The notes beneath the pieces are model-generated. The model made no database searches. It was not told where the DNA came from and saw only the letters and a list, made by a program, of their open reading frames with translations. A stretch of DNA of 32,000 nucleotides from Candidatus Poseidoniaceae archaeon. Lineage in GTDB: Archaea; Thermoplasmatota; Poseidoniia; Poseidoniales; Poseidoniaceae. A program made the position numbers and the translations under genes. This document shows positions 8,977-16,900 of this stretch, piece after piece. Within the stretch, counting starts at the first letter, position 1; each line of letters begins with the position of its first letter. The stretch is taken from the NCBI GenBank assembly GCA_943789275.1, contig CALSTM010000001.1:30001-62000 (forward strand), written 5' to 3'.

Positions 8977-9552
8977 ATGAACGTCTGGCTGGCATCTCAA
9001 TCTGAACGTCGTGCTTCGATGCTCAGTGCTCTTTTTCCAACGCTTGAATGCAGAGGATTCGCCGACCTTGATGAAACGCCACTTCCCGGTACGGTCGACC
9101 AACAAGTGTTGTCCATATGCCGCAAAAAGGCCGCAGCAGTGGAAGATGGACACGGATATGACCTTGTCATTGTCAGTGATACTCTGTTGGCTGACCCTGA
9201 TGACATGGAACATACCCTCGGGAAACCAAGCGATTCGGTCGAGGCCGCAATGATGCTGCACCGTCTTTCAGGTCGCCGCCATCAAGTTTGGTCAGCAACT
9301 GGAATCCAAGTTTTGGGGCAATGGAGGTTCTTCGTTGAACATTCGATTGTCGAATTTGAAGACCTCTCTGATGAGCGTTTGGTGGAACTTGTTCTCAACG
9401 AGTCATGGAAAGGAAAGGCCGGTGGTTATGATTTTGCAGGTCCGATGGGTTCGCATGCATCTCTTGTCGAAGGCAACGAATCAACTGTATTGGGGATTGC
9501 AGGCGAAGCGATGGAGATTCTGCAATCACTTTCACCAAGCAATCTTTCTTAA
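8977..9552 (+). CDS. maf: Maf-like nucleoside triphosphate pyrophosphatase (septum formation protein Maf family)
   Basis: Maf signatures present: MNVWLASQSERRASML (Maf N-terminal ASQSPRR-type motif), IVSDTLL, LGKPSDSVEAAMMLHRLSGRRHQVWS and KGKAGGYDF...STVLGI. The first 18 codons of the track ORF (from 8923) are probably not translated. Confidence 0.8.
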   Translation: MNVWLASQSERRASMLSALFPTLECRGFADLDETPLPGTVDQQVLSICRKKAAAVEDGHGYDLVIVSDTLLADPDDMEHTLGKPSDSVEAAMMLHRLSGRRHQVWSATGIQVLGQWRFFVEHSIVEFEDLSDERLVELVLNESWKGKAGGYDFAGPMGSHASLVEGNESTVLGIAGEAMEILQSLSPSNLS

Positions 9553-10157
9553 TCGGACAACAGGGATTGTAAACCAAGTTCATGACGTCCGACATCGACA
9601 ACGACATCCCTTCCTGGTAGCAAAAGTAACTTGTCTTCTGAATCAAGAGCAAAGACTCCAATTCCGGCATCGTTACCCATTTGCTGTAATTCTCTTCGGC
9701 AGACGTTCTGATGCGTATCCATGTGCACCATAGGTCGTAAATCAACAATTATCGAATCACCCTGATGGACACGCTTTGCCATTTCACGGGTTGGTATCCT
9801 GTTCATGGAATCGGGTGCCACATACCGTAAGGCTCGCCGTGGGAGGGGGTTTCGTAGTGGTGTGTGCGTGCCGAGGTCATGAAACGCTTCACCTTCAGCA
9901 GTCACTGGTCCTTTCCATTGAGGTGGAGGTGTTTTGATGTTGACTTGTAATTCAGCTGCGCTTTCAAGTCGGTTTTCAGCAGGTGTGGGAGCGGGAACGA
10001 GGGTTGGAGCCACGGTTGGGCTTGTCAGTGCCGATGGCTTCGATGCTTGCAATGTTGCAGCTTGTTTCAACGGTGCAGATGCCTGATTTTCCGGTTTCTT
10101 CTCACTTGAAGACCCGTCTGGATTTGGTAATCCAAAAAACTGCCATAAACTTGCCAT
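9549..10157 (-). CDS. sepF: SepF-like cell division protein (DUF552 core) with long Pro/Ala/Thr-rich linker
   Basis: The N-terminus MASLWQFFGL resembles the amphipathic membrane-targeting helix of SepF. The C-terminal core is QGDSIIVDLRPMVHMDTHQNVCRRELQQMGNDAGIGVFALDSEDKLLLLPGRDVVVD. It follows the SepF pattern G-x-hhhh-D-h...hhhhP..hxh, compared from memory with haloarchaeal SepF. Confidence 0.55.
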   Translation of the reverse strand: MASLWQFFGLPNPDGSSSEKKPENQASAPLKQAATLQASKPSALTSPTVAPTLVPAPTPAENRLESAAELQVNIKTPPPQWKGPVTAEGEAFHDLGTHTPLRNPLPRRALRYVAPDSMNRIPTREMAKRVHQGDSIIVDLRPMVHMDTHQNVCRRELQQMGNDAGIGVFALDSEDKLLLLPGRDVVVDVGRHELGLQSLLSD

Positions 10158-10169
10158 TCACTTTCACGC

Positions 10170-13100
10170 TCACAGGTCGAGATCATCGAGGAATCCGGAC
10201 ATATCTGTGCTTGCAGAAGTGCTTGGGGTATTGGTAGTTGTCGGCTGTGCTGGTGTATGTTGACCCATTTGTGCAGCCAAATACTGTTCTCCGTAATGTT
10301 GCCATTGTTCCATTGTCCAACCTTGCGGCAATCCACTCGCTGGGAGTGGGGGGCCTGCTTGTGCAGCAGGTGCTGCAACCGGTTGAACAGGTTGTGCGGG
10401 TTGCTGCACGGTTGGTTCAGAAAAGGCGCTAAGAGCAGCCATTGCATCGTTGGTTTGTTGTGCAGGTGCTGGGTTGTATGCAGCGTAAGGGTCGGCTGCA
10501 GGTTGTTGTGCATACATGTCCGTTTGTTGCGGTGCAGCATACATGTCGGCAGCAGCAGGCGCTTCAGTAGCATAGGATGGTTGTTGTGTCGTGTAATCGG
10601 GCTGTGATGCAGCAACGGGCGGATCCAATGTTGGGACGGCTGTGAATGCAGAGTATTTTTCTTCAACCTCTTCTTTTTTCGAGCGGGTGATGAGCAAGAA
10701 TGTAGCCAATATGATGACGATGAACGCAAGAATGCCGATGATGGCTGTCGGGACCGAACCAATCGCTTCACTGACGCTTTCAATGAATCCTTCCGCAGGT
10801 TGTTCGGTAACCGTGAGCGTTATGGTTGACGATGAAGTTTCTCCGTCGTCATCGGTGACCGTGAGGGTGAAGGTCCACTGTCCTGGCTCGAGGTTGGTGA
10901 GTGTGTATTCCATGCCGCTGTAATCGACTTCACCGGTCATCTGACCATCCAAGTCGCTGTCGATCAAGTCACTGTCCCAATCGTATTGGAGAGTGAGTTT
11001 GTCGCTTGTTGTTTCACGTGAGGTGGTTCCGGAAAGCGTGATGTTGTCGCCTTCCATCAATTCAAAGACATTCGAGGAATTTGTGATGGCGGCGGATGGG
11101 GCGAGGTTTTGTACGCTTACATTAACTGAAGTGAGTGCTTTAGCGCCATCATCATCGGTGACAGTTGCCGTGATTTGGCGTATTCCTCGAGTTGCCCATG
11201 ACATGGTCATCTGTGTGCCTTGTGCTTCGCAATCGTTGACCATGTTGCCATCGCTGTTGCTGTCGACTTGAGCATTGGTATCCCAGCAAATTTCCAGTGA
11301 TTCGAGGTCCGATGCTGTATCGAAAACTTCGACACTCAAGGTGAGGTTGTCGTCCTCGAAAATTGGAACACTTGAGCCAAGTCCAGAAATTGTAGGTGCT
11401 ACGTTGTTGACTTTGACAAGTGCAGTTCTCACCTCGGACTGAGCTCCGTCGTCGTCGTACGCCGAAACTTGAATGGTATGCACGCCAGAAACAGGCCACG
11501 AGACGGTTGCTGCTGAAGAAGGCCCTTTGGTGACTTCACTCCAATTCTCAATCAAATCGGATGGAATCCATTCAATGTTCAAATCGTCACGGTCTGAGAG
11601 CGTATCGCTTCCAACGATTCGCAGTAGAGCGACTTCGTCTTCATTGAGTTCCCACATCCCAGCGGAATCTGGCGTCATGTTCATTCCTCCGAGGTAGAGT
11701 TCGGGGTAGGCAAGCGTTGGTGCCACATTCAGTACATCGAGTGTGCTGTTGACGGTTGTTGTTGCACCGTCATCGTCGGTGGCTACGGCAGTAATGAGGA
11801 CCGGTCCCTCACCCATTGGAGTGAAGGTGCATGTTGGTTGAGTCAGTCCTTCTTGGCAATTGAGATTGGGCCACGAGACCGTGATTTGTTGGCCCGAGGG
11901 GGAAATGCTGTCCATGTCTCCACTGTCGGTAGCATCAATGGTGATTTGTGTTTCCACATCGATGCTTTCGAGCATGCTGAGGTTGAGGTACGGTGCACGG
12001 TTGAGCACAGTTACGTTCATTTCGATGATGTCTTCATCGAGTTCTTCATCAAAGACGATGACTTTGACCATCCAATCCCCGTCGTCACTCCAGTTCCACT
12101 GGGTTACGCAACCCGGTGCTTCAAGGACTTCAATGAGGCCTGGTTTTGATTCAAGTTCGAAGCGGCAATCGACATCACCGCCGTCTTCATCAAAACTCGC
12201 TGATGCGTTGAGAGTGATGTTTTCAAAGGTGTATTTACCTTCATCGTAGGTGAACGATGCAGTTGGAGCGCGACCGATGAAAATGTCTACACTTGCATCG
12301 TTGTTTGACCGATTTGCATCTTCAGTGACCAGTTCATCAGGGTCGACAGTGAAAGAAAGAGTTTGATTCCCTATCGCTGCGTCAGCAGGGACCGTCCAAT
12401 TGACGGTAATGCGTTGTTCACTGTATGAGGGGATGGCAGGAACAGATTCACGGATGCTCGTTCCATCAGGTGTGATCACTTCGATTTCTGTCGCAGGAGA
12501 ACTAAGTACGCCACGGTTTTGGGCTGGAATTGAAAACGTTAGCACATCATTTGGAAGAGCCGCATATCCAATGGCTTGGTTCAAGGTGACAGTATCAGTT
12601 CCTCGAGTGCGCGTGACAATTATTGAATCGGATTGTGCAACCAAATCAATGGCAACCACATTGAGGTCAATAACAACAGTAGTAGCACCGATTATTTTGC
12701 TTACAGGGTCCCAAACGATGACGCCATTGCTCGAATAATCATCGCTTGACGGCGTTGTATCCATTCCATCGGAGACATTCAGTGTATAATTTACAATTCC
12801 AGAGCCGTCCGTCACAGGATTGGCTAAAAGATTGGTAGATTCATAACGGACTTGCATGTTTTTATTGCCTTGGGGGGTTGCTCCGGGTGACGTCTCATAG
12901 GTCGCAGTAAGCATTTGCTCGGAATCTGGTAATGTAGCAAGGAATTGCAAATCAATGTCTACGGCCACATTCCGTGTACCGGGTGTTGAGGTTTCAGTAA
13001 AACCATAGGAATCGGCGGGGTTGTATGTTTTCAATAACCAATCGATTGTAAATCCAGCAGCATTTGAAACCCTCATCCAAGAGTTGTATCGAACGGCGGG

Positions 13101-13442
13101 GCAATACCAGTTGTATCCTTGTGAGACGCCTGTTTCGTTCCATTCGTTAATTTTGAATGAATCATCACATCCAGTGTATTGAATGTTACTTGTTCCGTCT
13201 GTTGGGATTCCTTCAGCAGTGATTTGCCAACTGTTGTTTTCGGGTCCGGCTGTATCAAACGTGTTCGGATCGAAGTAATCCGAAGTACCGCTCACTGTTG
13301 TTGAAGAGAAAAATGGCATGTACCACTGGTCGCCAACATGGAGTGGGAAATCAAACTTTTCTTTTGCCGGAGCGTAACTTGTATCGAAAGTAATGATTCC
13401 TATATCTGAGTGAGGAACCCTGCAGGGAATCCAAATATACAT
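10170..13442 (-). CDS. Giant CARDB/PKD-repeat surface protein, paralog 1, main (3') fragment of a frame-broken gene
   Basis: A CARDB-like segment is present (LTFSIPAQNRGVLSSPATEIEV...RSNNDASVDIFIGRAP). There are repeated PKD-type modules with DDDG cores: ITAVATDDDGATTT, IQVSAYDDDGAQSE, ITATVTDDDGAKAL and TLTVTDDDGETSS. A TM helix (IGILAFIVIILATFLLI) with RSKKEE precedes a Q/A/P/Y-rich tail. The N-terminal region is homologous to an internal part of paralog 2, so the annotated Met at 13442 is not the true start. Confidence 0.85.
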   Translation of the reverse strand: MYIWIPCRVPHSDIGIITFDTSYAPAKEKFDFPLHVGDQWYMPFFSSTTVSGTSDYFDPNTFDTAGPENNSWQITAEGIPTDGTSNIQYTGCDDSFKINEWNETGVSQGYNWYCPAVRYNSWMRVSNAAGFTIDWLLKTYNPADSYGFTETSTPGTRNVAVDIDLQFLATLPDSEQMLTATYETSPGATPQGNKNMQVRYESTNLLANPVTDGSGIVNYTLNVSDGMDTTPSSDDYSSNGVIVWDPVSKIIGATTVVIDLNVVAIDLVAQSDSIIVTRTRGTDTVTLNQAIGYAALPNDVLTFSIPAQNRGVLSSPATEIEVITPDGTSIRESVPAIPSYSEQRITVNWTVPADAAIGNQTLSFTVDPDELVTEDANRSNNDASVDIFIGRAPTASFTYDEGKYTFENITLNASASFDEDGGDVDCRFELESKPGLIEVLEAPGCVTQWNWSDDGDWMVKVIVFDEELDEDIIEMNVTVLNRAPYLNLSMLESIDVETQITIDATDSGDMDSISPSGQQITVSWPNLNCQEGLTQPTCTFTPMGEGPVLITAVATDDDGATTTVNSTLDVLNVAPTLAYPELYLGGMNMTPDSAGMWELNEDEVALLRIVGSDTLSDRDDLNIEWIPSDLIENWSEVTKGPSSAATVSWPVSGVHTIQVSAYDDDGAQSEVRTALVKVNNVAPTISGLGSSVPIFEDDNLTLSVEVFDTASDLESLEICWDTNAQVDSNSDGNMVNDCEAQGTQMTMSWATRGIRQITATVTDDDGAKALTSVNVSVQNLAPSAAITNSSNVFELMEGDNITLSGTTSRETTSDKLTLQYDWDSDLIDSDLDGQMTGEVDYSGMEYTLTNLEPGQWTFTLTVTDDDGETSSSTITLTVTEQPAEGFIESVSEAIGSVPTAIIGILAFIVIILATFLLITRSKKEEVEEKYSAFTAVPTLDPPVAASQPDYTTQQPSYATEAPAAADMYAAPQQTDMYAQQPAADPYAAYNPAPAQQTNDAMAALSAFSEPTVQQPAQPVQPVAAPAAQAGPPLPASGLPQGWTMEQWQHYGEQYLAAQMGQHTPAQPTTTNTPSTSASTDMSGFLDDLDL

Positions 13443-13888
13443 GGGACGAATTTGACATCGAGTGTGAATTTAGAATTGATGACTCCGAGGTCTCGAACAC
13501 GAATTAAATCATCTCCACTGTAATCAATATCCAGCCTGCCAGTAGTTCCATCAAGACTCGCCCCACATGGGTCGCTGTTTGTTGAACTTGAGAATTGACC
13601 CTCAATCAACAACTGGTACGCCAAATTCTGTGTGCCGCCCGTAGTGATGAAGAGCGTGTTGTTCAATGTGTAGGTGGTGTCTCCAGTAAGTGTGTTGAGT
13701 GTTGCAGAAACATTGGCTTGTGCTATGAGTTGAGCAACGTCGAATTTGGTCTCATAGACCCATTCATCACCAATTCTCCATGTAGGGACATCGATGTCTT
13801 TGTTCCAGCCTTCAGCATGCTGAACATCCGATTCGGAGAGCGCCAAAGTGTGGTACGTCACCATGCTCGACAACGGTGCTGCAAACAT
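13400..13888 (-). CDS. 5' fragment of surface protein paralog 1, in a different frame from 10170-13442
   Basis: DVPTWRIGDEWVYETKFDVAQL...LDVKFVPCIFGFPAGFLTQ aligns with DVPTWKVGDKWIYAGTFDPTKL...LYIRFVPFGLSSLAQILG of paralog 2. The track ORF part above 13991 overlaps the paralog 2 tail out of frame and is not coding. The first in-frame ATG after the upstream stop is at 13888. Confidence 0.7.
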   Translation of the reverse strand: MFAAPLSSMVTYHTLALSESDVQHAEGWNKDIDVPTWRIGDEWVYETKFDVAQLIAQANVSATLNTLTGDTTYTLNNTLFITTGGTQNLAYQLLIEGQFSSSTNSDPCGASLDGTTGRLDIDYSGDDLIRVRDLGVINSKFTLDVKFVPCIFGFPAGFLTQI

Positions 13889-13974
13889 CAGAGAAATATC
13901 AATCCAATGACTACAGGGCCTATTCGATTCATAATACTCCGAAAGCGTTCTCCTACTTGAGAGGCTTGATTCTC

Positions 13975-13989
13975 CGTCCCGTAGGGACG
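13975..13989 (-). repeat. Short hairpin directly after the paralog 2 stop codon
   Basis: CGTCCC-gta-GGGACG has a 6-bp stem and 3-nt loop. It lies 2 nt downstream of the stop at 13992-13994 in the direction of transcription. No T-tract follows. Confidence 0.2.
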
Positions 13990-13991
13990 AC

Positions 13992-16900
13992 TCAAGGATG
14001 AGACGCCTGAGCGTCGAGGTATTGTTGACCGTAATGGGACCATTGTTCAGCGGTCCACCCTTCAGGAATCCCATCTTCAGGAATCGGTGGCCCTTGCTCG
14101 ATGAGCGGTGCTGGAGTCTGCACCTCCACTTCAGGCAGTGTTGGTGTTGAGGCCGGGATTTGGACATCTTTTCCTTCAGAGGAAAACATTTGATTTGATG
14201 GAGGAGTTGAGGGTCTTCGAGACTGTACTTGGTCGAGGAGTGCTTGGGTTTCGAATTCGCGCTCAGCAGGGTCAACGCCCTCCATGTCGGTATTCTGCCA
14301 CGGGTCGCCCGACGCCTTTCTTTTGCGTCTCCGTGTCATCAGAGCTAAAATCAAAAGCGCAGAAACCAGGAGGCCGAGTTGGGCAAGTGGGTTCGCATCT
14401 TCGCCGATGAAAGCAGCGCTCACTTGTTCGATAGAGGTCCTTTCCGGTGGTGTCACGTCGATCGACATGGTCGACTGTCCCGGGCGTTCAGGGTTTTCAT
14501 CCCACGCCATTGCCTTGATGCGTACGGTGCCAGAGTCACGGAAAATATGAGTTACTGAAGAGCCAACTAAATCTGCATCGTTGTCTTTCATCCCGTCGCC
14601 ATTGCTGTCAACTGTGATATCCAAGTCCCAAACAATGGTGAGTCCGTCAAGGTCATTCGGTGAATCAATGGTCTGTTCTGCGCTGAGGTAACATTCCCGG
14701 TAAGCAACGCATTCTGTGTTTTGCAATCGCACAATTGGCGGCATGTTCAAGACTTCAATGACCAGTACTTCGCTTGTTTGTGCACCGTCATCATCGGTGA
14801 CGTGGTAGATGATGGTGTGCGAGCCACTTCTGTTCCAAGCATAGGTGAGCACATCACCGGCAATGTCGCAATCATCATCCGCACCACCAATATCGTCGCT
14901 GTCGATACCCGGGTCGATGTCCCAACATTTCACAAGCGAGCCAATGTCACTTTCAGTATCGGTAGAATTGCCTTCAATCGTCACAGATTGACCTTCGGCA
15001 ATTGGAAGAAGAGAAACCAATGGCTGTACAACTGGGGGTACATTTCGAATGTTAATCCAGCGCTCTTCAATCCTGCTTGCTTCACCGTCGGAATCGCGAA
15101 CTTCCAAGCGGATGGTGTGAAGTCCTGCGGTGTCCCAATGCATCGGGAAGGTCGATGTGCGTCCGTTGAACGAATACATCAAGGACGGTTGTTCCCCATC
15201 AGGCCACCATGTATGGGTTAAGGTTTCTAAATCATCGATGGAATCGAGCGCTTGACCCTTGACAACGATGACTTCATCTTCATCCAAGTGCCATATCTGT
15301 TGTTCATCACTTTCGAGGAACTGGTTGTTCTTCTGCAACGCAATTGATGCGCCGTGCGGTGCGATGTTGGTGAATTGAATATCGATGGTTGCTGGTGTGA
15401 TGGCATAGTCATCATCGGTCGCTACGGCAGTAAAGGTATGCAGGCCCTCAGTCGGGGCAGTGGTTGTACACACTCGAGTGTAATAGCCTTCGTTGCACAG
15501 GGTGTCTGGCCAATGAACATCGACAGCACCAGGCCATACATCCTCAGAATCAGAATCGTTGGCAAATGCGTAGAGTGTGATGGGGTGCTCAACTTTTACT
15601 TCCGTTCTGGAACTGAGAATTTGAATCTCAGGGTTTCGGTTGGCAATAAGAACATTCATGATGGCAGTTTGCTCATCTTTCTCCTCATCAGTCACGGTAA
15701 TTTCAACTGGGTAGTTGCCGTCATCCATCCATGTCCAACTGACTGCGCAGGATTGAGAAGGGACCGTTTCCCATGCCCAGTTCCTCGTACCATCGTCGTA
15801 AGGGATTTTGAATTCACAGGACACAGTGCCTCCATCTTCGTCAAAACTTTCATTGGCAGAGAGAAGCAATGGTTCCAGTGTCATTGCGTTTGAATCGGTA
15901 AAGACCGGGGTCGGTAATCGTCCGACGAACATAGAAATCAGCGCTTGGTCGTTGGTTGAATTCGCATCTGCAGTATTGATTCCTTCGGGGTCTGCTTGCC
16001 AAGACACTGGGACAGTACCAATCGCTTGGTCACTCGGCACCGTCCAGGTGAAGTTGACTTTGTGAGCCTCATAGGATGCCAGAGACGGCAGTGGGTGCGA
16101 AGAGGTCAGTCCATCAGGATGAGTGATGGTCATGGTTGCCGGTGTACTTGCAGTAATCCCTCGGTTTTGAACAGCGACTTCGATAAGTAGCTCGTCGTTT
16201 GGTAGTATATTCCAACCTGAGAGTGAATTAAGTTCAGTAAGTTCTCCACTTCGGTTTCGCAGAACTTTGCCGTAATCTTCGCTTGCAATCAAGTCCAGGC
16301 CGATCAAATATTCGTCAAGTGTAACGGTCGTTGAGCCAACTGAAGTTCCAAACGAGGAACTTGCACTGGGTTGGATTCGCGCCACAATACCGTGACTTGC
16401 CCAATCGAGAACCGAATTCGAAGCGTCTTTTTCCTCACCGACATCGATGATCACAAACGCACTTCCGTTGCTTTCCGTCGTCGCCAGTTGAACGTTACCT
16501 GTTGCCTCATGGTGAATCTCAAGGGGAATACCGTTCGTGGTGGAAAAGCAACTTGAAGAAGCATTGACCCAAACGCCCAGTGGGGTATTGAGTGCAGTGA
16601 TTTGACTTTCCAAGTCAACCGATAAACACTCGTCACGGACACCGGGATTGGTGTATTGGTCCAGGCCGGTTGAATCAAGAGGGATGTATTGTTTGAGACG
16701 GAAATCAATGACCAAGCCAATGTCATCTTCGGTGTGCAGCCATGCAAAGTTTCTCGCTTCTGGGCAAAACCAGCGGTATCCTGATTGCTCGCCGTCGCTG
16801 TTCACCGAAGTCAGTTCGTAGGATGCGTTGCAACCGCCGTAGCCAATGGTTAGCCCGTAGCTGTTGCGTGGTTTCCCGGTATTGGTGACTTCCCACGTGG

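Noticed and set aside
8911-9261. N-terminal 117 codons of the 375-aa KaiC-like track ORF
   Set aside because: This part overlaps the well-supported maf gene on the other strand. It shows no KaiC-like similarity and is Cys/His/Trp/Arg-rich. The homologous domain begins after ATG 8910 or 8853.
10067-10783. 238-aa minus-strand ORF overlapping the tail of surface paralog 1 in another frame
   Set aside because: It is His/Leu/Gln/Arg-rich low-complexity sequence produced by reading the Q/A/P-rich tail out of frame. It also runs through the stop of paralog 1 and the sepF-like start. The frame carrying the TM helix and the conserved GWTxEQW motif is clearly the real one.
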